A stretch of 64,000 bases of DNA from assembly GCA_020696385.1 (NCBI GenBank), contig JAEHCQ010000001.1, positions 544,001 to 608,000 on the forward strand. Reading direction: 5' to 3'. Origin of the DNA: Methanobacteriota archaeon. GTDB taxonomy: Archaea; Thermoplasmatota; Thermoplasmata; SG8-5; JAGLSY01. Below, piece by piece: positions 40,534 through 51,772 of the stretch (positions within the stretch are counted from its first letter, which is position 1; every line of letters begins with the position of its first letter). Position numbers and translations under genes: made by a program. The notes beneath the pieces are model-generated. The model was not told where the DNA came from. It ran no database searches and was given only the letters and a program-made list of their open reading frames with translations.

Positions 40534-41754
40534 ATGGATGATATTCTAAAAGCAGTAGAAGAACTTGAAGGTGAAATGGTCGCCGCCCTTTCGAATATGT
40601 GCAGGATCCCCGCCATAGCTCCAGATAGCGATGGAGATGGGGAGGCAAAGAGGGCTTCTTTCCTTGTTGATCTATTGAAAGAAAATGGGATCACGGATAT
40701 CGAGATCTACAAAGCGGAAGACAGCAGAGTATCAGCTGGCTATCGTCCAAATATCGTGGCCACCATAGAAGGTGAAGAGCCAGATCTTCCTCCGCTTTGG
40801 TTGATCTCCCATATGGATGTTGTTCCGACAGGGGATCTGGGAAAATGGGATACCGAGCCCTTTAACCCTATCCAGAAGGATGGTAAATTATTCGGAAGAG
40901 GCGTGGAAGACAATGGCCAGGCTTTGATCGCTTCCATATATGCGGTGAAGGCCATACTGGATAAAGGCATGAAGCCGAAAAGGACCGTGAAATTAGGCTT
41001 CGTGGCCGATGAAGAGGTCGGAAGCAAATACGGTATCCAGTATCTTGTGAAACAGGACTTATTCACACCAGAAGATCTACTTGTTGTTCCAGATTACGGG
41101 CTACCAGATGGAAGTGTTATCGAGGTCGTGGAGAAATCCCATCTTCAATTGAAAGTCATAACAAAGGGAAAGCAGGTGCATGCCAGTCGCCCCAATAAAG
41201 GGATCAATGCCTTCAGAGTGGCTTCCACCTTCATAGACAGGGTGTCCAATGAGCTTTATGAGCATTATGCCAACGAAGATCCGATGTTCGGACCTCCGAT
41301 ATCCACCTTCGAGGCCACAAAAAGAGAGGCAAATGTTCCTAATATCAATACAATTCCCGGAGACGATGTCTTCTACATGGATTGCAGAATACTCCCAAGA
41401 GAGGATCTGAAGGAGATAATGGAATTCATGAAGAATATAGCAACGAGGATAGAGATCGAGACTGGAGCCAGCATCAACATAATCGAGGTTAGCTCATCTG
41501 TCGCCCCTCCAGCCACACCCGTCGATTCGGATGTCGTGGTCAATCTTCAGAGTGCGATCAAAACAGTCATGGGAGTGGATGCGAAGCCAGTTGGAATCGG
41601 TGGCGGTACTTGTGCCGCGATCTTCAGAGAGGCTGGTTATCCAGCAGCTGTATGGTCCACCAATGAAGAGATGGCACACGAACCAAATGAGTATATCAAG
41701 ATAGAGAATCTCATAAGTGATGCGAAGGTTTTCGCCTTGCTCTGTTTGATGTGA
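40534..41754 (+). CDS. M20 family metallo-hydrolase (DapE/ArgE-like)
   Basis: SHMDVVP, GRGVEDNG, ADEE, HASRP, GGGT, AHEPNE; ATG after GAGGA. Confidence 0.92.
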   Translation: MDDILKAVEELEGEMVAALSNMCRIPAIAPDSDGDGEAKRASFLVDLLKENGITDIEIYKAEDSRVSAGYRPNIVATIEGEEPDLPPLWLISHMDVVPTGDLGKWDTEPFNPIQKDGKLFGRGVEDNGQALIASIYAVKAILDKGMKPKRTVKLGFVADEEVGSKYGIQYLVKQDLFTPEDLLVVPDYGLPDGSVIEVVEKSHLQLKVITKGKQVHASRPNKGINAFRVASTFIDRVSNELYEHYANEDPMFGPPISTFEATKREANVPNINTIPGDDVFYMDCRILPREDLKEIMEFMKNIATRIEIETGASINIIEVSSSVAPPATPVDSDVVVNLQSAIKTVMGVDAKPVGIGGGTCAAIFREAGYPAAVWSTNEEMAHEPNEYIKIENLISDAKVFALLCLM

Positions 41755-41846
41755 GAACTATCAGACCCAACTGGTTATGAATATTCCATTCATAAAGCAT
41801 ATGCTATGATCGAAATTCACGTACAAGTGATGATTACAAGTGCTTA

Positions 41847-43202
41847 TCACTTGCCTTTTCCAATGCATCTGTACTCGAAGCCAGCTTCCTCTGCTTTTGT
41901 CCCAGATAGGAAATTGCGGCCATCGACTATGACATTGCCCTGCATTTTGGTCTTCAGGTCCTGAAGGTCAATATCCGCATATTCTCTGTGACTGGTTACG
42001 AGAACCACAGCCTTTGCATCTTTCAAAACAGCATCCAGATCATCCGAGAATGGTCTCTCAAAATCACGCACTAGTGGATCATGGAGCATTGGCTCGGCTC
42101 CACGTTCTACTAGCTCGTCGTAGACTGTGAGCGAAGGTGTGTTCCTGGTATCATCGGAATTCTCAAGGAAGGCCACACCCAATACCGCGATCTTCGCGCC
42201 TTGCAAGCCGATCCCGGCCTTTATCATCGTTGATTCCAGTATGTCCACAGTGTGAATCGGCATGCGGTCATTTAACAATCTGCTATTGACTATTATCTCG
42301 GGATTGACAGCCTTTGTACCATATTCATCCAGTCCGTATTTCAGAAGCCATGGATCCTTGGGCAAGCAATGGCCACCAACTCCAGCTCCCGGGAAATGCA
42401 TGTTCCTTACCGGATTAGCAGCAGGATTACTGGGATCATTGGGCAATGTGTTCACCAATTTCCTTACCTCGAAGGAATCCACACCCAATGATTCGCAGAT
42501 AAGAGCGACCTCGTTTGCGAAGGCTATATTGACATCACGGTAGGTGTTCTCCACCACCTTGGATATCTCCGCTGTCAGAGCATCGGTTGGGAATAGCTCG
42601 GCCTTGACGATATTGGAATAAAGATCAACTGCCAGCTTAGTACTTTTATCATCAATTCCACCGCATATCCTTGGCAAGTTGACGATATTATGGATGAGCC
42701 TTCCGACCATCACTCTCTCGTATGAGAAAGCGAGATAGAAGTCCTCACCTGCTTTCATGCCTGAAGCCTTTTCAAGAATGGGTTTGGCTATATTGATGGT
42801 CGTTCCAGGGGCGACTGTGGATTCTATGACAACCAATACACCTGGCTTCATATTTTCACCCACATTGTGGCAGACCTCTCTCAATGATTCGTATCGTGGA
42901 ACACGATCAGCATCTGTTGGTGTCTGAACGTCCAGAAGGATCGCATCTGCATCCCCGCATGTGGATATGTCATCGGTCACACTGAAGGATCCTTTCTCAT
43001 TAACCACCCTGTTGATAAGATCATCAAGACCTGGCTCGTCACCGCCAATGGGGTTCTTACCCTCATTTAGCATGTCGATCTTCCATCCAGAACGCTTGGA
43101 TCTTCGTTGAACTCCAACTACCTTGAATCCTTCTGCATCGGCGAATAGAGCGGCGGCTGGTATTCCTACATATCCCATTCCTACAACTACGACTTTCGGC
43201 AT
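41847..43202 (-). CDS. Nucleotide-sugar (UDP-N-acetylhexosamine/WecC-like) dehydrogenase
   Basis: GMGYVG, ESTVAPGTT, KVVENTYRDVNIAFANE, GVGGHCLPKDP. Confidence 0.92.
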   Translation of the reverse strand: MPKVVVVGMGYVGIPAAALFADAEGFKVVGVQRRSKRSGWKIDMLNEGKNPIGGDEPGLDDLINRVVNEKGSFSVTDDISTCGDADAILLDVQTPTDADRVPRYESLREVCHNVGENMKPGVLVVIESTVAPGTTINIAKPILEKASGMKAGEDFYLAFSYERVMVGRLIHNIVNLPRICGGIDDKSTKLAVDLYSNIVKAELFPTDALTAEISKVVENTYRDVNIAFANEVALICESLGVDSFEVRKLVNTLPNDPSNPAANPVRNMHFPGAGVGGHCLPKDPWLLKYGLDEYGTKAVNPEIIVNSRLLNDRMPIHTVDILESTMIKAGIGLQGAKIAVLGVAFLENSDDTRNTPSLTVYDELVERGAEPMLHDPLVRDFERPFSDDLDAVLKDAKAVVLVTSHREYADIDLQDLKTKMQGNVIVDGRNFLSGTKAEEAGFEYRCIGKGK

Positions 43203-43340
43203 GATATCACTTCAACATAGCAAGCGGATAATGTATATTTTGATTTTGGCAGAATTTATCTGAAATAAGGCGATTATTAAGAGGCGAAGGAATTAAGTAG
43301 GGAATATGGATATTTTACATGGTATAGTTTGGGTAATATC

Positions 43341-45473
43341 ATGAAACATAAAAATAACCATCTGAGAATACTGGCCATAGGATTGGCCTTATCTTTGGCT
43401 TTCTCAGCCCTGGTATTCCCCATAGGAATTGTCTCGGCAACAGATGCTTGGTATGATGATTTCACAGGACCATGGGACAATACACGTTGGACAAACTCCA
43501 CAGGTAATGGAACAATATTTCAAATTTCTGAAGGTGGTGATACATATTTGACTGCTGCAAGTTTCACTCCAGCAGGTGAATATAATTCAAGTAGATGGTA
43601 TGGCCCCTCGACCCGTGCAGAGCTACCACTTTCTGGCCCATTTAATATCAGTACAGTATTGAAATGCCAAGCGGAAATACAAGACTACAGTCTGGTACGA
43701 GTGGAAGTGAAATTATTTGATACAACCGGAAGCCAAGTTTATGCTTTTGGATGGGGGGATGAAGATACCGCCTACAATCATGCAAGCATATACCTGAACG
43801 GAAGGGATGATCAGCATAGATTGTTCGAAACCGAAGATGGTGTAGCTTATACGATATTTTATGATAAAGAGATCAGCCTGGAACGAACTGAGACGCAATT
43901 AAAATTCTACCTTGAGGGAGAATTAGTATATACCTCGGCCCCAAGTTCAAGATCCATCAAATATTTGGAACTGGCATTTTTAAGGACCGGGGTACTCGAA
44001 ACATATTGCACCCCAGATGTGAGACATATCAATTCCATAAATGTACAGACCACGCCAGCCACCGAGCCAGATCCACCGGAGAACCTTATTGGAACTGGAA
44101 CTGATGGAGAGGTTGGACTTTCATGGTCCGCTCCTTACGGTGGAGGGGCGGAGATCACTAATTACAAAATATTCAGAGGTACAATATCTGGCAGCCTGAA
44201 CCTACTCACCACCATTGGCAGCCAAACATCATACACAGATACTGGTGTGTCAAATGGCCAGAAATATTATTATGCTGTTTCGGCACTGAATGAAGTGGGT
44301 GAGAGCGGCATGTCCGTAGAGGCAAGTGCGACTCCCATAGCAGTTCCAGATGCTCCAGCCAGTCTTCAGTCGATCGCCGGGGATGATCATGTTCTTCTAT
44401 CATGGGACATACCGACCTTCAATGGGGGCGATGCTATTACAAATTACACAATATATCGCAGCCAGTCTTTGGACTCTCCTCAGGAACTGGCATCTCTTGG
44501 GGCTCAATACTCTTATAATGATACTGATGTTGTCTTTGAACAGGTTTATTATTACTGGGTATCTGCGACGAATTCAGCTGGCGAGGGAGATCTGTCCAGC
44601 GAGGCGATCGCATCCATTGGCGCTCCCGTAACCCTGCCATCTGAACCAAGGAATCCAGATGCTGTGGATGGGAATGGAGTGGTAGAGCTTTCATGGAATT
44701 CACCCATATCAAATGGCAATTCACCCATCCTGAGATATTCTGTGTATCGAGGAATAGAAGAGGGAGCCATGTCCATACTGGCAAATAGTAGCCAGACATC
44801 ATATATTGATGAAGATGTTATGAATGGCCAGAAATATTATTATTCGGTCAGTGCGTGGAATGTTTTAGGAGAAGGGAACAGCTCGGATAGTGTAGCTTGC
44901 ACCCCTGTATCTTACTCTGCCCCATCCGCCCCGGTCTCTTTAGAGATCGTGCCCGGATACGGCTTTATCAGCCTGATATGGGCTGCCCCGATCGAGGATG
45001 GTGGATCTGATATCACCGCGTATCATGTATACAGGGGAGAAACTCCTGATAGTATGGCAATGGTCAGCACCCTGGGCAATGCTCTTTCTTACATGGATCT
45101 CGGATTGACAAATGGGATCGAATATCACTATGCGGTCAGTGCCTCCAATTCAGAAGGTGAGGGGAATCTATCCGCCACGGTGAATGCCACCCCTGGCCAA
45201 TCAATACCTGTGGGAGATATTGATGGGGACGGTGTCCCTGACAATATAGATGCCTTCCCGACCGATCCAAATGAATCGGTGGATACAGATGGCGATGGCA
45301 TAGGCGACAATGCGGATGATGATAACACTCCCCCAGACGATAACAATACAACAGATACGGATGATCTTGAAAAAGAAGTATCCCTTACATCCACCATAGT
45401 GACATTCATTGTTTTTGTCGTGATGGCCATTGTGGGTGTCATGTTCATGATCAAGCCAAAGGAACCGGAGTAG
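43341..45473 (+). CDS. Secreted membrane-anchored protein with four fibronectin type III domains and thrombospondin-3-like repeats
   Basis: Signal peptide; four P..P..L...L.W..P..GG..IT.Y..YR...Y.D..V.NG..YYY.V.A.N..GEG-like units; DxDGDG repeats; C-terminal TM helix. Confidence 0.9.
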   Translation: MKHKNNHLRILAIGLALSLAFSALVFPIGIVSATDAWYDDFTGPWDNTRWTNSTGNGTIFQISEGGDTYLTAASFTPAGEYNSSRWYGPSTRAELPLSGPFNISTVLKCQAEIQDYSLVRVEVKLFDTTGSQVYAFGWGDEDTAYNHASIYLNGRDDQHRLFETEDGVAYTIFYDKEISLERTETQLKFYLEGELVYTSAPSSRSIKYLELAFLRTGVLETYCTPDVRHINSINVQTTPATEPDPPENLIGTGTDGEVGLSWSAPYGGGAEITNYKIFRGTISGSLNLLTTIGSQTSYTDTGVSNGQKYYYAVSALNEVGESGMSVEASATPIAVPDAPASLQSIAGDDHVLLSWDIPTFNGGDAITNYTIYRSQSLDSPQELASLGAQYSYNDTDVVFEQVYYYWVSATNSAGEGDLSSEAIASIGAPVTLPSEPRNPDAVDGNGVVELSWNSPISNGNSPILRYSVYRGIEEGAMSILANSSQTSYIDEDVMNGQKYYYSVSAWNVLGEGNSSDSVACTPVSYSAPSAPVSLEIVPGYGFISLIWAAPIEDGGSDITAYHVYRGETPDSMAMVSTLGNALSYMDLGLTNGIEYHYAVSASNSEGEGNLSATVNATPGQSIPVGDIDGDGVPDNIDAFPTDPNESVDTDGDGIGDNADDDNTPPDDNNTTDTDDLEKEVSLTSTIVTFIVFVVMAIVGVMFMIKPKEPE

Positions 45474-45628
45474 AATGGTTGATAGTGGTGTGAGACCTTA
45501 TTTTTGTATCAAACTCTTTTTCAGATGAACTTGTAGTTTGTTCTTATTCACACATGGGCAATATGGACAATGTTAATTTATGGTAAACTCAATCCAGGCA
45601 TTCCTAAGCTGGTATGTGTACGCATCCA

Positions 45629-46765
45629 TCAACCAATCATCCAAATTATGGCATTGATCGCCAGTCCGATCGCTATCGCCCCTACGAAGAAAGCGATGAA
45701 CAATAGAGCCGTCACCTTCTTTCCAAAGGTGGCGTTCAATACAGGGGCGGCAGTGATACAGATCGCATTACCGGCTATTGCGAAGGCCACGGCATGACCC
45801 ATTGGAAGGCCCAGGATCAGGAGAGGGGCTAGGATCAATATTTCTTCACCAGAACAGATGAAGATAGGAATAGCGATTAGAACTATCAGGACAAGTCCTG
45901 GTATACTGCCATAGAAGTCCTGGCTGCTTCCGAAAAGGTCTGCCAATTGACCAGGTTCTGCGAAGGTGGATATGGCCGCACCTATGATTATACCAAATAA
46001 TATGTATTTCAGCAGGTACATGAAGTGATCCCAAGAAGCCAAGAGAGCGGATTCATTACCCTTCCCCATCTCTACTGATTTGCATCCATCACAGGAATAA
46101 CAGCCGGATCTTTGATCTCCAGCCTCTTTTTTACCCGCAAAGCGTTCGACGAACATACCGGTCAAGATTGCCAGTATGAAAACAGAAACTATCTCTAAAG
46201 CTAGATAGAGATACATCTGCTCGCCAATGGCAAGTATGTAGACCACTGGACTCAGTACTGGTACGACTATCAAGAAAGTGATTATGGCTCTTACCCTCAT
46301 CTGCTTGCCCAGCATCATACCATGGGCCATTGGGACCGCGGCACAGGAGCATATTGGCAATATGGATGCGAACATTCCAGCACCCATCATCGTGCTTGGG
46401 AGCCTTAGTCTTCCAAGTTTAAGGTATTTCATTACCACGCCAGCAAGGATACATCCCCAGACGAACCATGGCAATATTCCAAGAAGATCCCGGAAGATGA
46501 AATCAAGATACTGTGCATCATTGCCCGCATCAGCCTCTGTGATCTTGCATATCCAACAATAGAGATAGAGGAATATATTGGCTACAGCGAAGGAAGCCAT
46601 GAACCACCATTTTATCTTGTCCGGTACTAGAGTGGAAGGAGAGATGCTGTTCAGCTTATCATCAAGGGACTTGGAGCGCTTCCTAGCAAAATCGAATATA
46701 AAAGCAAGTATGACATAAACTATTACAGCTAAACCAACTACTCCGTGCAAACTGATACCGAACAT
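45629..46765 (-). CDS. Permease (DUF318/ArsP-like)
   Basis: LPICSCAAVP and IPIFICSG motifs, Cys-rich linker, multiple TM helices. Confidence 0.8.
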   Translation of the reverse strand: MFGISLHGVVGLAVIVYVILAFIFDFARKRSKSLDDKLNSISPSTLVPDKIKWWFMASFAVANIFLYLYCWICKITEADAGNDAQYLDFIFRDLLGILPWFVWGCILAGVVMKYLKLGRLRLPSTMMGAGMFASILPICSCAAVPMAHGMMLGKQMRVRAIITFLIVVPVLSPVVYILAIGEQMYLYLALEIVSVFILAILTGMFVERFAGKKEAGDQRSGCYSCDGCKSVEMGKGNESALLASWDHFMYLLKYILFGIIIGAAISTFAEPGQLADLFGSSQDFYGSIPGLVLIVLIAIPIFICSGEEILILAPLLILGLPMGHAVAFAIAGNAICITAAPVLNATFGKKVTALLFIAFFVGAIAIGLAINAIIWMIG

Positions 46766-47047
46766 TTATATCTCCTCTTGTGGATTTGAAATCCGTCATG
46801 TATATTGATTATTTAATTGCTTCCCCACACTAACGATATTTAAGATCGTGGGGGAGACCAATTCAATCATCACTCCAGATATTAACTATAATTAATATAT
46901 TAAATTTTCTATTATATGCATTCAGGATGAGGAAGGCGCTGGAGTGTCCGGAAATTCACAAACACAATATACGCACACGTTAATGTTTAACTGGCTAAAT
47001 ATATTTATATAGTTATGTGCGTCTTTGTTTCCAATTCGTGGTGATTA

Positions 47048-50000
47048 GTGATGAATAGAAAAATACTGTCTGCCTTTGTGGTATTCGCTTTATTAGCCAA
47101 TATATTGACCCTGCTTCCTATTAACGGAGCTTATGCGGTAGAACTGGTCAATGATACTGATGCATTTATCCTGCCAGATAGGCCAATGGCACCATCACCG
47201 CCCATATGGATAAGCGCTGATTTCACCACCGACCCAAGTGTCAAGAACCCGCTCGCCAATGGCACTGAGGCCGACCCATATATCATTGAGAATCTGGAGA
47301 TAGATGGTAGTGGTTCAGGATACTGTATATTCATTGAGAACACCAATAAATTCTTCATTATCAGGAACTGCACTCTGGAGAATTCTAACGATGCTGGCCT
47401 TCTTATGCTTGGTAGCTCGAATGGCATTATAGAAAATTGCACGATAATAAATAATCAAGGCTCTGGCATCAAAGCAGAATCTGAGTTCGTGGACATTGAA
47501 GTGTACAACAGCACCATATCCGATAATGAATGGGGCGGAGTGATCATCAATGCAGATAAGATGACGAATTCCACATTCGTGAACAATATCATCAATTCAA
47601 ATCTTGATAAAGGTGGTATAGGCATACGAGGAATGCCAGAGATCGCCGTCATAAGAACGGAGATACATGATAATGAATTATCTAATAATGATGGATTGTG
47701 CCCCATAAGGCTTGGCAGCAAGCTGAATCCTGCCCAGGATGATCTTCCAGTGCATTCGATATATACGAATATCACTAACAATGACATAATCAACCCTGGC
47801 GGTAATTTCAACGGGATAATCATGATCTATGCCACAGAATATATACAGGCGAATATCATGGATAATGACTTCAATACACCGCAAACACAGAATGGGGTTC
47901 ATATTGGAAAGATGTCCAATGAATACTCCAAGAACCCAGGAGTCAGAAACCTGGATGTTAATTTCATCAATAATAATCTGACAAACATTGCGGCTGGAGC
48001 TCTCATATTATGCTCCACCGAAAGTCTGTATGCCAATGTATCTGATAATTACATCTACCACACAACTGGCATAACATGTGGAGCCGTGACTATCGGTTGG
48101 TTCAAGGCTGGTGTAGATACATCCACTCCCAAAAATGCCACAGTTATTCTGAAAAATAACATTCTTGAAAAAGTGGCTGACACCATAGGCTTTGGTATCA
48201 AGGCAATATATGACCTGAATGTGACCATTGAGGACAATACGGTGGACAGCGTGAATGCTCCAGGGATCAGAGTCGGATGGCTTGGAGATGGGGATGCCTC
48301 GAATGCACCAGAGCCATGGGCCTACCCCACGCGGAATGTCCATGGATCGATAAGCAATAATACTATAACTGGGGGACGAGGACAGGGTATCTGGTTATAT
48401 TCACTTAATAACTCTATTGTTAATGGGAATCAAGTTTCTGGGAGAGACGGCACATCGACCAATGGAGATGGGATAAGGATCGATGGAGCTCGCGGTAACA
48501 ATATCGTTTCGAACAATGTCATCACCGAGGCTGAAGCTATCGGTATTCGCCTTTATAATTCGAAGGACGTTGTCGTAAAGGATAATACTCTCAATAGCAA
48601 TCAATATGGGTTGGGTGTGGACTATTATTCGAACAATAATCAATTCTTCAGTAATACTATCCTGAAAAATGATGTCCAATATGGATATTTTATTGAGATC
48701 AATTCTCTTAATAATTCATACCCTGCCAATAATACAGTAAATGGTGAATGGTTGCGATATTTCTATGGACTGGAGGGGGCGGATGGAGCTCTTGTTCCAG
48801 TTCAAAATCATATAATCGATGAGCGTTTGTTGTCAAACCTGGGTCAGGTCATTGTGGCCAATAGCTCCTATGTGGAAATAAAAGATAATGACGTGAATAA
48901 TGGATCTTATGGATTGGCACTGATAAATACCCATGATTCTGTAGCGTTCGATAATGATTGCGAAAGCAATATCGGAGGTGGATTGGTGATAAGAGAGGAG
49001 GGGAAAGATAATTCCATATTCCAAAATATCCTGACCAACAATGGATACGGCATAGGGCTTAGCGGAATTACTTCTGGAAATATTTTTTGGAATAACTTGA
49101 TCACCAAAGGAATTACACAGACTGGGATGTATATAGACAATTCTGGATATTCTTGGGAAAATACCATTTATGAGAATAATACAGTTGATGGAGAAAGTGT
49201 GAGGTATTACCATGGAGAAAGCGGGCATACGATCACTGGAGAACAGATCCTCGTCAGTTATATTACAAACCTGGGACAGATATCATATGTGAATTCAACT
49301 GATATTCAATTTAATGATGTGGATATACAAAATGGTAATGCCGGAGTCTATATCATAAATGGTGATCGGGTGGATGTTTTTGATAGCATCCTGGAAAATA
49401 ATAGATATGGATTTTTTGCTTCTCTTACTAATGATATACAGCTGGCCAATATCGATATCACATCTAGCATCACCAATGTTTTCCTTAGCAACACAGAGAA
49501 CATCAACATCGAAGAGTGTCATCTGGAAGGCGGCGATCGCTCCATTTACCTTTATAAGTCTGACCCTTTCATTGCGAACTCCACTATTGAGAACGCGGTT
49601 AGCAATTCCACATCACTGAATGGAGATTCTCACCCAGTGCTACTCAATACGACCTTTGATAAGAGCCAGGTCTATGTGTCAGATCCTCTATCGAACTTGA
49701 GTGTGAGATGGTATCTGGATATACACGTGAGCTCTAATGGGAAGAATATATCGGAAGCAAAAATCCTGATCATTGACAATGATGGTGCCAATGTCTTCGA
49801 AAATATGACACAAGAAACAGGATGGATAGACCAATTGATAATGACCGAGTATATTGTGGCCATGGAAAATAACACAGATATTAAGGCACCTTATAATGTG
49901 ACAGTCCAGAAGGATGGATTGGGATCGTTCAATGCATCGATCGATATGGGACAATCCACCATTTTATTGATCGAACTGGATGATGAGACATTGCCATTGA

Positions 50001-51475
50001 TTGAGAATATCAGTCTATCTCCATCCAATGTCACTGGTATGTCCGGTGACTGGGTGTGGTTGAATGCCACGATGGATGAGGAAACAACCGGTTGGTCGAA
50101 CATAACCGGGGCAGAATGGTATGTGAGCTATGAATACCCAACAATAGAGAATGGAACTGGCAATCCATGTAATGCTTCAGATGGTTCCTTTGACAGTACT
50201 CAAGAAAACATTACTGCTTTATTAGAGATACCAAGCTTCCCGAAGGGAACGAGTACCATTTGGATACATGGTTCTGATGAAGGAGGGAATTGGTGCGAAT
50301 GGGAAAGCATCAATCTGACGATCTTTGATGACTGGGGACCCGTTGTTGTATCTGGACCGACCTTCGAGCCAGATCCTTTTTCATCCTCCATGGATGAGAT
50401 CACAATATCCATAACATTTGATGATGAAGAAAGAGGTAAGTCTGTTATCACGGGAATTGATTGGAGATTCGTTGGTGAATGGCCAGCTGGCGTTAATCAG
50501 ACAGGATGGTCATCCATTAGTTCTTTGGATTGGGCATTTGACGAATGGAAGGAAGCTGTAAATCTCTGGTTCAATACATCATTATGGGAAAGAGGGGATT
50601 ATATCCTTGAGATCAGAGGAATTGATGATTATGGCAATCGTGGTGAGTGGGCCAATATAACTATAGAAGTTCTGGATGATGAATCTCCAGAATCTCCGAT
50701 CGGACTGATGGTCACCAATGAAGCAAATGGAGCCCTGAACCTAACATGGAACTCAAGCTCCGAGGGAGATCTTGTGGGATACAATGTGTATCGATCAGAA
50801 AGTAGTGGTAGAAGATATGTTCTCATAGCATCCATTCTAGCCTCTTCAGATCCGTTCTTCACAGACGCTGGGATTGTCCTGGGTACGACCTATTACTACG
50901 TGGTAACTGCCTTTGATGATCAGAGCCCGCCAAATGAATCACCCTTCTCGGAAGAGGGGACAGGAACATCGACAGTGGTATTGATATCCACCACGGATAC
51001 AGATGGGGACGGTATCGATGACAATGTGGATACCGATGACGATAATGATGGCATTCCGGACAGTGAAGACGCAATGCCGCTGGATACTGATAATGATGGC
51101 GTGAATAATAATGTGGATACCGATGATGATAATGATGGTATTCCGGACAGTGAAGATACCATGCCGCTGGATACTGATAATGATGGGGAGAATAATGATG
51201 TGGATACCGATGATGATGGAGATGGTATTCCGGACAGTGAAGACACACACCCACTCACTCCAGCCGCTCTTCCCGAGGAAGAGGATGAATCCCCCGGAAC
51301 TTCTGGTTATATCTGGCTAGTACTGGTTGGTATTTTCCTCGTGGTCTTATTCGCCCTTTATTTCAAAACAAGAGGAAAAGGTAAGTTACCAGATGATGGT
51401 GAGCGAACCGAGACACCACAGGAAGAAAATGCAACCGAGGAATTGGAAGCAGAAAATGGAGAAAAAGAAGAGTGA
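47048..51475 (+). CDS. Large surface protein: parallel beta-helix (NosD-like) repeats, Ig/FN3 domains, thrombospondin-3-like repeats, C-terminal TM anchor
   Basis: G...DPYIIENLEI start, N..I.NN repeats, NNTVNG/NNTVDG motifs, FN3, acidic repeats, TM helix. Confidence 0.88.
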   Translation: MMNRKILSAFVVFALLANILTLLPINGAYAVELVNDTDAFILPDRPMAPSPPIWISADFTTDPSVKNPLANGTEADPYIIENLEIDGSGSGYCIFIENTNKFFIIRNCTLENSNDAGLLMLGSSNGIIENCTIINNQGSGIKAESEFVDIEVYNSTISDNEWGGVIINADKMTNSTFVNNIINSNLDKGGIGIRGMPEIAVIRTEIHDNELSNNDGLCPIRLGSKLNPAQDDLPVHSIYTNITNNDIINPGGNFNGIIMIYATEYIQANIMDNDFNTPQTQNGVHIGKMSNEYSKNPGVRNLDVNFINNNLTNIAAGALILCSTESLYANVSDNYIYHTTGITCGAVTIGWFKAGVDTSTPKNATVILKNNILEKVADTIGFGIKAIYDLNVTIEDNTVDSVNAPGIRVGWLGDGDASNAPEPWAYPTRNVHGSISNNTITGGRGQGIWLYSLNNSIVNGNQVSGRDGTSTNGDGIRIDGARGNNIVSNNVITEAEAIGIRLYNSKDVVVKDNTLNSNQYGLGVDYYSNNNQFFSNTILKNDVQYGYFIEINSLNNSYPANNTVNGEWLRYFYGLEGADGALVPVQNHIIDERLLSNLGQVIVANSSYVEIKDNDVNNGSYGLALINTHDSVAFDNDCESNIGGGLVIREEGKDNSIFQNILTNNGYGIGLSGITSGNIFWNNLITKGITQTGMYIDNSGYSWENTIYENNTVDGESVRYYHGESGHTITGEQILVSYITNLGQISYVNSTDIQFNDVDIQNGNAGVYIINGDRVDVFDSILENNRYGFFASLTNDIQLANIDITSSITNVFLSNTENINIEECHLEGGDRSIYLYKSDPFIANSTIENAVSNSTSLNGDSHPVLLNTTFDKSQVYVSDPLSNLSVRWYLDIHVSSNGKNISEAKILIIDNDGANVFENMTQETGWIDQLIMTEYIVAMENNTDIKAPYNVTVQKDGLGSFNASIDMGQSTILLIELDDETLPLIENISLSPSNVTGMSGDWVWLNATMDEETTGWSNITGAEWYVSYEYPTIENGTGNPCNASDGSFDSTQENITALLEIPSFPKGTSTIWIHGSDEGGNWCEWESINLTIFDDWGPVVVSGPTFEPDPFSSSMDEITISITFDDEERGKSVITGIDWRFVGEWPAGVNQTGWSSISSLDWAFDEWKEAVNLWFNTSLWERGDYILEIRGIDDYGNRGEWANITIEVLDDESPESPIGLMVTNEANGALNLTWNSSSEGDLVGYNVYRSESSGRRYVLIASILASSDPFFTDAGIVLGTTYYYVVTAFDDQSPPNESPFSEEGTGTSTVVLISTTDTDGDGIDDNVDTDDDNDGIPDSEDAMPLDTDNDGVNNNVDTDDDNDGIPDSEDTMPLDTDNDGENNDVDTDDDGDGIPDSEDTHPLTPAALPEEEDESPGTSGYIWLVLVGIFLVVLFALYFKTRGKGKLPDDGERTETPQEENATEELEAENGEKEE
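50996..51256 (+). repeat. Three tandem 87-bp coding repeats (29-aa Ca-binding thrombospondin-3-like unit)
   Basis: Units start at 50996, 51083 and 51170: DTDxDGxxxxVDTDDDxDGIPDSEDxxPL. Confidence 0.9.
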
Positions 51476-51632
51476 AATTCACTCTTGCTTTTCTCGGCGC
51501 TGCTTAAGCACCAAGAAGTAGATGATCAGGATTTTTAGATTTGATCGTATCTATTGTTAAGGTTTAATTATCTATATGGTTTAAAAGTAGCCCCTCAACA
51601 GCGTTAACAATCGTTTAGATTGGTTATTTATA

Positions 51633-51684
51633 CTATTGTTAATATCTATTGTTAATAGCAGTTGTTAATATCTATTGTTAACAT
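51633..51684. promoter_or_regulatory. Four tandem 13-bp units (CTATTGTTAATAT consensus) upstream of the 1689-aa surface protein; candidate operator array
   Basis: Units at 51633, 51646, 51659, 51672; extra CTATTGTTAAGG at 51551 and 56951; inverted TTAACAAT at 51604. Confidence 0.55.
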
Positions 51685-51772
51685 ATCGTTGGCTCAGATA
51701 TTTAGCAGTATTAAATAGTTAAAAATACACCTGTATACAAAGGATTAAAAATAAAATAAGAGAGGGAAATAT

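Noticed and set aside
46823-46854. CCCCAC...GTGGGG inverted repeat between divergent genes
   Set aside because: It is a single short stem with no second copy or element context.
50996-51684. CRISPR-like array from the 87-bp and 13-bp repeats
   Set aside because: The repeats are contiguous without unique spacers, the 87-bp units are in-frame coding repeats, and there are no cas genes.
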